From NCBI GenBank assembly GCA_040285855.1, contig JAUFOQ010000016.1, positions 682,001-746,000 of the forward strand: a DNA stretch of 64,000 bases, read 5' to 3'. This DNA comes from Eukaryota sp. GEM-RC1. Taxonomy: Eukaryota. This document shows, piece by piece, positions 11,840-23,990 of this stretch. Position 1 is the first letter of the stretch, and every line of letters starts with the position of its first letter. The notes beneath the pieces were generated by a model. That model was not told where the DNA came from and searched no databases. It saw only the letters and a program-made list of their open reading frames with translations. The position numbers and the translations under genes were made by a program.

Positions 11840-12575
11840 GAGCATCTATAGTAGAAGTTGTTGATGACGTTTTGTGACATTTCTTTTTGACCTTTTCCTA
11901 CTTTTAGAAGTTCCTCTCTCTATGACAAAAGTGTTTTCAGAGCCTCGTGGTACCCGGACCGTCCACTTCATCCTGTTTCAAAAAAGTAAACTGAAGTAAG
12001 CCACGGCTTTACTTCTGTCCGATCTTCCTCTTCCTCCGCCTCTCTTAATGCCATCATCCTCTTCTCTGCTACTACGCTCTCCACGTCTAATCACCTCGAT
12101 TGACATCACGCGATCATTCGCCATCAATCATTCGTCCTTCGATCTCTTCATGATCTCCACTTTGTCGTTAGTGTCTTCTGATTGACTCAAATTCCTTTCC
12201 CTGAAGATCACGTGCTCGTGCACTATAGTTCTTGAAGTATTCTTCTTCTCACAGGTGATTCTGTTTACCTTCCTCAAACCACGACAAATCCAACATGAAA
12301 GCATTTATGTTTAAGAGGAGAGCTGTTGAAAGACTGGTTTATTGAAGAAACATGTTGAAGAAGAAGGAAACAACTGTATTTTAATACTTGTTTAATACGT
12401 AGTTCTATTCAATGACGAAAGCAATTTTCCCCATTCAGGACTTCAAAAATTTAAGTTATTGTTAATTTATGAAATATTTAAAAATAACTTTCGTACAGAA
12501 AGTGATACGTCTGTCTTTGAAAAAACTATCTTCAAAGTAGATCAGATTTCACTTACAACTAGTTGTTCCAACAAC
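11840..12575 (-). repeat. Diverged inverted paralog of 18150-18815 + 20109-20140 (unidentified element)
   Basis: Collinear blocks, e.g. cagagcctcgtgg, acttctgtccgat, ctccgcctctcttaat, tgattgactcaaattcctt, tggtttattgaagaaaca, tcttcaaagtagatcagat. Confidence 0.85.
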
Positions 12576-12579
12576 AGTT

Positions 12580-13681
12580 ATCCATAATCAGGATCATTGA
12601 AAATGACTTCCTCATTAATACAATCAATTAATGCCAATCATTGAATCGTTCACAGGAGCAATCATCCTAAAGTTAGTCAGTTTGGGGGTTAGATTCTAGG
12701 GATTACTTTGTTTCAGTGGGCCAATAGTTATTGATGCCGTTTTAAGACAAGTTTGAAAGAAGTGACAACACCACAAGGTTTTATCAACAAAGAAGCAACT
12801 AAAATAGCGAATGTTTCTATCCATCCTACATAAAACAAAAAGCTATTTCTACAAAGATCTGACAAAAGGTGATGCACTCGAGATTCCACTGAGGATCGTC
12901 TCCATATAATCGTGGAACTGAGTGAACCCTACACTATAATTAGATTACATAAGCAACACACGAAATAGCAAAATAGCTCCACAAAGCAAACCCCACCCTC
13001 TCCAGTAAATCGATCTCTTCGGATTTCACACTTTGGGATTAAATGTGTTAATATTGTCCAAAGTCGGAGCCGGTGCTGGTCTCAACTGATCATCTGTAAG
13101 AATTGGTCCGGGATTTGACTCGACATCTCCATCGATTGTCAAAACAAAAATAAGAAACTGAAATGACTTGTGGTTTATTCAACTAAACACAATAGAACGA
13201 CAAGAAGAAATTTTCCAAGAACCAGAAAAGTAGTGCCTCCAGTAACTTAATCCTGTTGCTATCACCCTGAACTCCTTGTGGTGTTTGAGAACCGAAAAAG
13301 GGAATCCCTTTTTTTTAAATAAGATACCGCTCACCATTCACATCATCATGAATATTTCTTATACGGAAAATTTGGCATAACTCGCTGCTCTCGGTGATGT
13401 ACTCACCAAAAAAGTCAACAACAGAATCATCGAGCCATACAGAAGGCTTCAATGTGGTGGTTCCATCCTCAGTCAAAAGGGTCTGGGTTGGATTCAATGT
13501 CTCCGTCAGTGGTAAGATCCATTGGGAAGGAGATTGAATTTATTTTCACTAGATGTGTTTGTAAACATGAAGAATTACAAGAAATAGAATTTGAAGAAAT
13601 TTGGGTCATGTTCTTATGAGTGGTGATATAAGAAAGAAAGACACAGAGGAGATTATAAGGAGAAGATATCTCAGGACACAC
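12580..13681 (-). pseudogene. Decayed polyprotein: 2A-like motif, Ulp1/C48-like segment, 2A motif, second Ulp1-like segment
   Basis: MDLTTDGDIESNPDP (13478-13504), LKPSVWLDDSVVDFFGEYI, VLTIDGDVESNPGP (13104-13130), and MIAPVND...LALIDCINEEVIFNDP (~12590-12665). Confidence 0.65.
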
Positions 13682-14999
13682 GCTATCGTCGAAATCGCTA
13701 AGTAGAGCGGTAACTCACTTTCTTTGAGATAACTTGTGAGGGTTTAAGAAAATGGACTTCAATTAGGTTAAACACTGTTTATAGATGATGTCTACATTGA
13801 CATTTTAACATTTTGATTCAGTTATTATACAACATTTGGACCACAACATCTGTAATGACAACATTTGGATCAGATGATTTGTTTCTTAATGAATGTTTTT
13901 TAATACCTAACTAATTGTTTATAGGACTTCCACAGCTATCATGTATAACTTCATCAATCAATAGTACCATTGTAGTAAACAAAGTTAGTTATTTGATACG
14001 TTTACAGAAACTAGGATCAAACTAAAACTAGTATTGTTTTTAAAAATTAATGACAATAATGTTTAACTGACTGATATACCATCGTGCAGAAAACACTTTT
14101 GTGCGATTGATAGTCAAATACACATTAATAGATTCGTAAGTTGATATTTAAGAACCAATAATTTACATCAATTTACATGGGTAAACATCTGTTTAGTAGA
14201 CAAATTTAGGTAGTGTTAAAAAATGTTTTGAATAAACTACTGGTGTGAGCAAATTTCATGCATATGTGAGCAAAGTTCACTTTTCACACAAAAAATTTTC
14301 ACACAAATTTTTCCGGCAAATAAAGCTGTGTTATAACATCATGGGTTACATACTACAGCTTACATTACTATAAATGGACCCAAAGACTGTTGGAATCGAC
14401 GTGAATTGACTGTTTGTCAGATTCATCATCTCATAGGTCGTAAAAGTTGCAGATCAGTCATTATCACATCAATGCAACGTAACCACACTTTTCAGATGTC
14501 AGAAGCCAGTTGGCATACACTCTTATATCAAATCTATTGGTGTCTTGAATCAAGTAATTCATATGAAAGAAGTTCCAACTCCTGGAAAAATACTACTCCA
14601 CTGTTCTTACTATTGTATAAAATCTACTTCTTCAGTGTCAATCGCTGCTTTTCATATCCCAAAACTGATTGAATATAAAGAATGTTGTATCAATGACCTG
14701 TACTGTCGCTTCAAATACGTTTCACAATCCTGATACACTAATAGAAGCAAACCGACTAAATCCACCTTCCAGCTACATTCATTGGTTAAACATGCATCGA
14801 TCTACATCTTAGTGTTGTCTTTATGCTTAGTTTCTTCTCTGATCTGGCCCAAATTGTCATGTTAGTCACACTGTGATAATCAGTTAATGTTGGTGTCTAG
14901 TTATGTAAGAATATCTATTGATTGTCAGAGTTTATCATACCAAATAGTCACTACACGATATAGCACAGAGAGATTAACAATTGATACTGTAAATGTCCA

Positions 15000-15380
15000 T
15001 CAATCTGTTACTTATAAAATTCAGCACATGTCCCCATCCATGTAGAGAGATGTTCCATGTATCAAAAAGATCATCTTTGGGAGAAACACTGAAAGGGTGG
15101 ACTTCCTCGATCCCCAAGCAAAGAGTCAATCACATGGCATAAGTATAGCTGAATTAGTAACTTTTCGAACAAGAAAGTCTTCATTTCGTGGAGATTGCCT
15201 AGTTGTTGTTCAAATTCTATCACAGAGTCGAAGTTGGAGCCTAAGCTAAGATATTACATGTTCATGATACAAAAAAGATGCTGAAAGTGTAACACACATC
15301 ATCTACGGAAGTGTCAAAGATGCTGTAATATGTATAGAGGTCATCAAAAGACTTTCAAAGGTCGAAATATAGAGGTTTTA
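15000..15380 (+). mobile_element. Highly decayed non-LTR RT N-terminal remnant (tentative)
   Basis: Fragments ...SHGISIAELVTFR...VGA...DAESVTHI loosely follow the RPIxxGE...QxGV...GAExxxH layout of CRE-type RTs. Confidence 0.3.
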
Positions 15381-17139
15381 TGTGTGTGAAAAAGGTGTGA
15401 GAAAACTCAGAAAAGTGGTGAATTATGCATTACGAATGAAAACACCAGTAACAACTTCCAACAATATTTATTCTAATAACCCCAAAACCCGGCTAGTAAT
15501 TCATGTGTTCCACATTGCTGTACAAAACTTCCCTTAAATTCCACTGTTATCAAAACCAATTTCATTGGTCTTGTCCTCATTAGTTTGTGTTACTTCTAAT
15601 CTACCACCATAGACTTCCCTACAGGTCCTTGCTTAACAGATTTTGTATCAATTAACGACACTATCAATCTGACCTGTATATATGTACTAAGATAGCAACT
15701 TTGTTAACCACATTGGGCATTTTCTTAGCTTTGTCCAGTCTTTTACTCATTTTGACCATAGTTTTCCTCCGTAGATTTGATTCGTTTTTATGAGACGAAT
15801 CATAATTGTGTTTACTTCGCTTCATTTATAGTTGGGAATTACACTTTTTTGTCTTTTTCTGTATTATTTACAGTGTTCTGCGGTGCAAGACGTTATACAT
15901 TCTCGTATACGGGTTGCGATGGGGTTCGAGGCCGCTGGGTGCGACTGTCAATTATGCTTTGACAGTAAGTGCCACGTAATAAATTCTCTTCCTACTTCTT
16001 GACTGGATATGAACCCTGCTTATAGCTCAACAAATCTACGAAGATTTGGTTGTTGTTGGGAGTTCAAGCAATGACAGTTCAAGCAATGATTGTGAAATGG
16101 AAGATGAGTTGGATGAAAATGAGTTGGACGAATGGTTTGTTTGACCAGTGTTTGACATCAATTTAATCAATTAAAACTCTTTGTGGTAGGGGGTTTGGTG
16201 TCTTTACTTCTGTCTGTAATAGTATTATTGGCACTTATTAAAATAGAACGATTACGATATTAGCCTACTTTTATACACATCTATTGAATAAGATAAATAC
16301 CCCAAAAAGTTCCTAATTTATACTTGGTATGTTAGATTCACCAGAGAGTTTTGCATTTAGTGGTCCACATCGATGATTTGACTTTTGTAGACCCTGGCCA
16401 CAATTAGATAAAACCCATGTACCTTCCTAGACCAAGAAAATAAATGGCTTTTCTTCTGGAATTGATGCTCAAACCAAATAGTCCCTATTGTTTCTGAGGT
16501 ATTAAAGGCAAATACTGACAACTTACAGTAGTCGTTCTCTCAGTCGAAATGTTGTAGAGCATGCACTTCATTATTTATTAGTCATTGTTTCAGACAGAGG
16601 TATAGATTTTCAAGAAGCGACCAAATATATATTTATATATTCCGGTTCAGAACAAACCTTTGTGGGTGACATGCCGCAACTATAACTCTCTTAAAGCAAC
16701 GTTCCTCTAAAGCGGGATCCAAAGTAGTTCAGGTGGGAACATAACATTGATTCTACCAAAGAATGTGTTGTTCTACAGAACTAAGACTGGACCACCCCGT
16801 TCTTTGTTCTCTCTGTGTCGGATGTAATCTCCTCAATAGATGACTTTTTTCATTTTTGTATAAAAAGACAACTGTTGTTAGTTTTTAGTTTTTTATACAA
16901 TGAATCAACGAAATTCACAAACTCCTTATCACAATCGACATCACATTCATAAATCTCATTCACATCGAACAAACTTAATGACGAACACACTCTTTTAGCA
17001 ACAACGGACAGTTGTTTTAATTAACTCCTCAACTTGACTGTTCTCACACATAAGAATTAAATCTGTCAGTGGTTCAGAACATTCTGTAAACTCTTGGAAT
17101 ATGTCAGTCAGTAACAATTCCTTTTGTAACAATCATCAT

Positions 17140-17280
17140 CATTCGAAGACAATGGCAAAATCGTGGTTACTTTAACTAGGGAAGTAAAATCCTTGTCAAT
17201 ACACGGAGATGTCGAACTAAATCCTGGACCACCATATACAAAGAAAAGACGCAGGTCTAGCATTCCATCAGCCAGTTGAA
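17140..17280 (+). other. 2A/StopGo-type motif in a decayed ORF
   Basis: FEDNGKIVVTLTREVKSLSIHGDVELNPGPP; motif at 17205-17231. Confidence 0.75.
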
Positions 17281-18854
17281 TTACGCCACCAAAAAAAGTC
17301 CAGACTTACTTATAAACCATCTGGAAGTCATATTCGCTGTGGTCGTTTATCACACAGCTGTGGTGTCACACAGCATCCTATTGCATCAACAGGCCGCAGC
17401 AAAAGATGCAAATTTGCCACCATTTGGAACACTTCAATCAAACGGTGATAGAACTATCATTTGAAGCCCCTAAGTCAATTCAACAGTTACCTGGGATTAT
17501 TAATCGATCACTTTCCACCGCTTGCTCAGTCAGTTGGTTTGAATGACAAGTTGAAGGGTGAACCAACTACACAAACAGCCATTGTTGATATACTCTTCGT
17601 AAAAGAGAATGTTAATATTGTAGACCTGGATCAGGGCAGAAGAAGAGAAAAGTAGTGCGTGCTTTTGGCACTATCCATTATATACATTGTACTCCACCGT
17701 ATGCGATTATCATTATATCTACTCATTGTATTAATAGTATAGTTTTTGTTACCAATAAAGCATTTTACGTCATTCTTGTATTTATAAGTACAAAAATGTT
17801 GTATTTGAAGTGTAGAAGATGTCCAGAGACAGAAAACATGTCTGCTAATTGTAGACAAACAAGACATGACTCTAAAGAGTAATAGTGATATTGCATATTT
17901 CTTCTCTCTTGACATGCGTATGATCCCACATCCTTCTAACTTCAGACATTGTGATGAAGCCAAAAGTAAGTTTTGGTCACGATATGCGCTTGCTTTTACA
18001 ATTGCTTGAGAAGTAGTCTCGCTGTACAGATTACAATTCTTCTCTTCCTGTCAATTTGCCTCCTGCACTCGACAAGATGAGTTGGGCTTTAATCTGTTGT
18101 TTCACTGTTGAACTCATTGTTACTACCCATAAAAATGGAAGAATTAAAATAAGATTGTGTAACAGATTTAGATTAAGGTGATATCTGATCTACTTTGAAG
18201 AAGGTTTTACAAAAGGTAGACGCATCACTTTGTGAAAGCAATTATGTTCTTAAGATTTGAATATTTTAGAATAACTTGAATTTTGAAGTCCTGAATGGAG
18301 ACAATTTGCTTTCACCATCGAATAGAACTACGTATGAAACAAGTTTGAAGATACAATAAATTTGTTCTTCTTTAACGTGTTTCTTCAATAAACCAATGCC
18401 CTCCAACACTTCTCATTTTAAATCTAGATGCCATAATAAAGGTTTTCGGACTACATGGTGGGTTTGTAGTGGTTTCAAGATCTTGGGAAAAGGAATTTGA
18501 GTCAATCACGAACGACAAAGTAGAGATCATGACGAGATCGAAGAACAAATGATTGAGGAAGAGGATGATCACAAGATGTTAATCGATACGGGAAAATCTT
18601 AGCAGAGAAGATGATGATGACATTTTAACCATCATGACTATAAAATGATTAAGAGAGGCGGAGACTGGGCAAGAGTAAAATCGGACAGAAGTGAAGGTAA
18701 AACTAGCTTACTTGAGTACAAACACGATGAAGTGGACAGCTTGGGGACCACGAGGCTCTGAAAAGAGTTGTTGTTATGGGAAGAACAACTTCTACAATTA
18801 TGAAAAGGTTAAAAGTAAGGCTGTTAAAAAGTTAAGATAAGATCATCGGAACTT

Positions 18855-19140
18855 GGGTCAGGTCATGTCTCGGGTCAGGTTAAGATATCTTACATCGGGT
18901 CTCGGGTCAGGCTAAGATACCTTGTCTCGGGTCTCGGGTCAGGCTAAGATACCGTGTCTCGGGTCTCGGGTCAGGCTAAGATACCGTGTCTCGGGTCTCG
19001 GGTCAGGCTAAGATACCGTGTCTCGGGTCTCGGGTCAGGCTAAGATACCGTGTCTCGGGTCTCGGGTCAGGCTAAGATACCGTGTCTCGGGTCTCGGGTC
19101 AGGCTAAGATACCGTGTCTCGGGTCAGGTCAAGATATCTG
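18855..19140 (+). repeat. Left subterminal tandem array, 32-bp unit CTCGGGTCAGGCTAAGATACCGTGTCTCGGGT, about 7 copies plus partials
   Basis: Units start at 18901, 18933, 18965, 18997, 19029, 19061 and 19093. Confidence 0.95.
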
Positions 19141-19360
19141 CCTTCAAGTCTTCGATGTTCATTGATTATGTTCTTTAATTAAAAATCACACATAAACTGA
19201 TACAAAACTATTATTCTGTAATGAGCTGTGAGTTTAACCGATTAATAATAATATACAAAAACGGACAACTTTACACTCACAACCGTTGTACAATGTCAAA
19301 CTTATCCTCTTCAGAGGATGAATGTACTCAACTTCCATCAGATACTGATGTTGAACACTG

Positions 19361-19789
19361 ATGTTGACTTTTGATTCTTACAGCAAAGCCAATCCATCGT
19401 CTATGAAGAAGGTAAAAAAGCAAACAACATTCTCAAAAAGATTGGCAAAGGACACAGGATCAAAAAGAAGATCAGGACCAGAAAGAGTAGAGAGTTTAGA
19501 ATCCACTGTATCAAGACAGGAACTCACGGATTTTCTCAGAGAAAACTGTTGTGATCACGATGTTTGTCTTCGCCAATGGTGGAAAGAAAATGAAACCAGA
19601 TTTCCTACACTTGCTCGAATATTCTGGGATTTGTGCATTATACAATCTTCCAGTAGTGAGTCTGAAAGATTGTTCTCTCGTGCTGGCTTTGTGGTTAATA
19701 ATTTACGATGCTCTTTAAACGAAGACACAACCCAAGCTCTTGTTTGTCTGAATGCGTGGTTAGACTCTGGTTTTGAAGTGGATTTATAA
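19361..19789 (+). pseudogene. hAT transposase C-terminal dimerisation domain only
   Basis: QWWKENETRFPTLARIFWDLCIIQSSSSESERLFSRAG...RCSLNEDTTQALVCL. Confidence 0.9.
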
Positions 19790-19897
19790 AGTTATTGTTG
19801 GACCTTGTTTGAGTTCAATTATAAGAAACAACATCACATCAACTAATTCAGCTATGAAACACAACAGATTATACACTCAATGGAGTTGATCAAGACA

Positions 19898-20050
19898 TCG
19901 GGTCAAAGGTCAGGATAAGATACCTTCCATCGGATCAAAGGTCAGGATAAGATACCTTCCATCGGATCAAAGGTCAGGATAAGATACCTTCCATCGGATC
20001 AAAGGTCAGGATAAGATACCTTGTCTCGGGTCAAAGGTCAGGTCAAGATG
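19898..20050 (+). repeat. Right subterminal tandem array, 32-bp unit AAAGGTCAGGATAAGATACCTTCCATCGGATC, about 4.5 copies
   Basis: Units start at 19905, 19937, 19969, 20001 and 20033. Confidence 0.95.
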
Positions 20051-20303
20051 GTGTCAAGACTTTGACCTGACCTGTGACCTGATATCTTTTAACAGCCTTA
20101 GTTAAAAGCATTTGTACAAAATGTCATCAACTATTTCAGTACTTCTCTACTTCTTTGTAGTAGTTTTAGTATTACCTCGTCCATCAATGCTCCAGGTGTC
20201 CCTTTTATTTCATACGTGTGTATGAGATCTCCGAAATAGCGTCAATAGATATTAACAATATCGCCTTGGAGTTCGCAGATACTTACACCACTATTACCCT
20301 CTA

Positions 20304-20789
20304 ATGGACAAGGCAGCTCTCTCTACTGTGAAATTCAATGGTCTTACAACCTTCGTCACTGACATTTACAATATCCAACGAAAAGATCCTACTGCGGTAT
20401 CCAATCGTATTCACAAAGAACTATCTAAAATCCGAGAGAAGTTCCACCAGCGATCTCTAACTCTCTATGATAAACAAAAGTACATCATCAAACTCATGCT
20501 CGTTCACTCCCTTGGATCCGATGCTGCTTCTCTTGGTCACCCTGTAGTTACTGATCTGCTCAAGAGCTCTGCTGCTCTTTTACCCCTCCGCATTGGTCTG
20601 TATGCTTCCTCTCACTTCTATTCCTCTGATCCTGATCTAGCTGCTTCATTCACAGAGATTCTGCTGTCACTCATTAACCACGAATCAATAACTGTGCCTT
20701 CCATCGCCATTTCTACCGTTGCTGTTGTAATCACACCAGCTTCTGCTTTCCACTTTATTTCTCCTATAATAGCTCTAGCTACCGAGTAG
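20304..20789 (+). pseudogene. N-terminal fragment of AP-2 alpha-adaptin-like protein
   Basis: GLTTFVTDI...RIHKELSKIREKF...LTLYDKQKYIIKLM matches the alpha-adaptin start. It stops at 161 aa and no continuation is seen. Confidence 0.7.
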
Positions 20790-22145
20790 TTCTTCTGCCA
20801 CTAGTAACTAGTGACCACTAGTGGTTTGTTGTTGAGAGAATTTTTCAAAACAAACCCACCTCTACACCAATCGGTTCAATTAGTTTTCCAGACCAATTGA
20901 ACTTTATTGGATGTAATGCAAATACATGTATTATGTATTTGCTAAATAATGAGTTCATTCAAGTCTCTTTTGTTATCTGTATCCCTTTTTAGTTATATTT
21001 TCAGTGATATGCAAGTAAGTTTCATATGCGAATGACATCACTATTTACAGAATTCTATCTATATTTCTCTCTTTACGCAACGTTTGGCTGCTTCGGTCAA
21101 CAATTTCTCACAGATTTTGGCAAATGGTGTAAGTAATATGGAAAGAATTTTAATGAATGTTACTGAAGAGGAATGTTGTCGTTTTCCATTTTCAAAGCAT
21201 TGGTTCGGTATTTTTATTCGATTTTGAACCGTCTCTTTGCACTGAAACATGAATTTGACATGATGTAGAGGTAATGATATCTTATTTGTTAATATTGACG
21301 ATAGTTTTTATTTGTATGAGTAAATAAAAGGCCTTTTTTCTGTACATACAAATAAATTTACTACTGTTCTAGTGCACTATATCAATAACAGATTCACTCA
21401 TAGATTCAATAACTACTACAGTTTACCCACTCCATAGCGTCATATTCCTTTCATATTTAAACAGTCTATTTGGGTGAATCCTAGGAAAACAGTGTCCATA
21501 CCATTAGTCAAAACAAACAACGTTGTACATAGAGATTTAAAGGAGTGGCTGAGCTAATGATCGTCGACCTTTATGCCCCGTTCTACGGACTTAAAGGTTG
21601 CACTAAATCAGAGGATGACTGTACTTTGAAAAGATTAAACAGAGAAATTATTCAATTGTGCCTGCTATATGTAGTAGGCAATGTTATTTGAAATGTTTCT
21701 TCGATCACGATATATTCCCAAAAGTCTTCAAAACGTCACCTACAACACGTCCAAAAGTTCCAATGATTGAAAGGAGTGAACTGAATGGTGAACTAGCTCA
21801 ATTTGTAGTCTGTCATCAACTAAGCCTTCTGAGCATCTAATTCATGATTGGTAAACAAGCATGTATGAGGGACCCCGTTGCCTAATTTTCATGTTGTTTT
21901 CACCACTCCATGCAGTGTACACCCTGCTTTGACAGAATTTGAGAAGACACTTCTGTATCATAGGTGCGAACTCTATTTCTAACAGATCTTCTCAAAACAT
22001 AATGAACATGGAAACATCGTCACAATTGACACATTTAATCTACACTTTGTCGATGACAATCAAGTGACCTATCAAGTGGACCGTTACAAGTTGACAGGAC
22101 ACGTGTGGAAAAGTTCTTTTACGTTCATTCCACTTTCAATCCTTC

Positions 22146-23664
22146 ATGCAGGACGATAGCCAAGATCCTTCTAATTCCAGTACACCGTTTCGAATAAGAC
22201 GAAATGAGACTCGCTTCTTCAGCAGTCTTTCAGTTCCTCGAGCGTTGAACACTGTTCTTGGTGGAAAATCTTTACCCCGTCTTCCTTCCATTATGGAACA
22301 ATTGGGAGACTCCCCTGAAGTTGTCGTAGACACTGAACTCCCCCTTCTACTGATGCTCTTGAAGAACAACCTTCTGAAGAAACTCTTCCTCAAGGCAAGA
22401 CTCCTCGTGCTTCTGTTGCTAATCTTACCAATAACATGATTGGTATCTTCCCACTTCTTTTTTTACCACAGGTTCTGGTGTCCTCTCAATGGCTTTTGTC
22501 TTCTCCGTAGCTGGGTTTGGTCTTGGTGCTCTTCTAATGCTTGCTGTTGGCTGGCTCTCTTCTTACACTCTAAGACTCATGGTTCTCAACGGTAAACTAT
22601 CCCGACGTTACTCCTACCGCCACGTGGCAGCTAGAGCCTTAGGATCTTCATTATCCAAGGTTGTTGACGTCATGATCTCTTCTTATGGTTTTGGCCTGCT
22701 GATCGCGTATTGGAATATTCTTGGTGACTTTATACCCCCGGTTATCCGTGGGCTATTCTCTCTCTTTGGTGTTCATCTCTCAGACACTTCTTTCTACACT
22801 TCAGGGCCTATTGTTGCTCTTATTGTTGGTTTTATAGGAGTTTTCCCATTATGTTGTCTACGAAACATGGAACCCTTAGGATTCACATCAGGAGTTGCTC
22901 TAGGTGGCATTTGTCTTACTGTTGTAGGTGTTGGTATTCAGTTCTTCATTACCATTGGAAAAGTTGGCTTTGGAACCATGGTTTCTTCAGTTCAGTGGTT
23001 TAACTTCTCATTTGACGTGTTTAGAATCATTCCAATTATTTCTTTGTCTTTCTCTGCTCATTTAGGAGTACTAAGACTGTATCAAGAACTTCACCAACGA
23101 TCAGTAAAGAGAATGTTTGGAGTTGTAATGACTGCTGTATGTCTTAACTTCTTCTTCTACACTCTTTGTGGAGGTCTTGGTTACTTTTCTTTCGGAAGCG
23201 AGACCGCACCCAATCTAATTAACTCCTATGATGAAGATAGCATGCTGAGGACGATGAGTCAGATTGCAATGATTTTTGTTATTGGTTTTTCTTATCCATT
23301 GATTCAGTATCCTGTTCGAAAGGCGCTGATACAGTTTTGTCCGGAGAGACATTCGAAAAAGTTACATTATCCGTTCACAATGATTTTGTTCTTCGTCCCG
23401 TACCTGATATCACTTTTAATTGATGATTTGTCGATTATTTTGGGTTTCTTAGGATCGACGTTTGGTATAATGTTATCATATATTCTTCCTGGGGTTTTGT
23501 TTTTAAAATTGAGAAATACTGACTTTGGTGTGGTTGATTCAGCTCAATCTAAGACTTCTAAAGCAGATTTTGGAGTTTTAGGAGCTTTGTTATGTATTAT
23601 CGGAGGAGGAATTATTGGTATAATTGGTTTTTCTATGAATTTGCGTGCAGTGTTGACAAAATAG
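22146..23664 (+). CDS. SLC38/AVT-family amino-acid transporter; 29-nt intron 22443-22471 and one C-run indel near 22341
   Basis: Splicing restores ASVANLTNNMIGSGVLSMAF; multiple transmembrane helices follow. Confidence 0.9.
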
Positions 23665-23990
23665 TTAGACTAAAGTGGTTTATTGATGATAGCTTCTGTC
23701 TCATTGTTGAATTCGATATAAAATTAGTCTTCAGTCTTGTTTGTTTTACAAAAGTTAATGATATTATATCATTGTGGAGACAACGACACAATCTGGCGGA
23801 GATACTTTGAAATGTAAGCATTCAAGATAGTCATGATAGCAGAGAATTAGTAAGGATCCGTAATATTACAGCAGTGGATTTGTGGAGGAAGATTACTTTC
23901 TGCAAATTGAGGAATGTAAAGTTGACAGCAAAATGTCACTAGTGATTTCACTAGTGGGCTACTCTTAAATTCGAAATTTTTCATCCACAC

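Larger units (their letters stand above)
18816..20100 (+). mobile_element. Non-autonomous hAT DNA transposon (1285 bp)
   Basis: 14-bp perfect TIR TAAGGCTGTTAAAA; 8-bp TSD GTTAAAAG (18808-18815 and 20101-20108); internal hAT dimerisation-domain ORF. Confidence 0.95.

Noticed and set aside
14380..14800. Faint transposase/RT-like remnants here and at ~21450-21900, ~27050-27600, ~44400-44730 and ~56740-57100
   Set aside because: Only isolated motif fragments (e.g. CSWKV, SDLVQPL, MPPKMAG, FPNI...DVE) amid many stops; too weak to annotate without profile searches.
16777..16798. Fourth 2A-like site (gaactaagactggaccacc)
   Set aside because: It resembles the 17214-17233 nucleotides but has no GDxE or NPG in any frame.
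18855..20050. 32-bp repeat arrays as a CRISPR array
   Set aside because: Units are contiguous with no unique spacers and lie inside a TIR/TSD-bounded hAT element in a eukaryotic genome.
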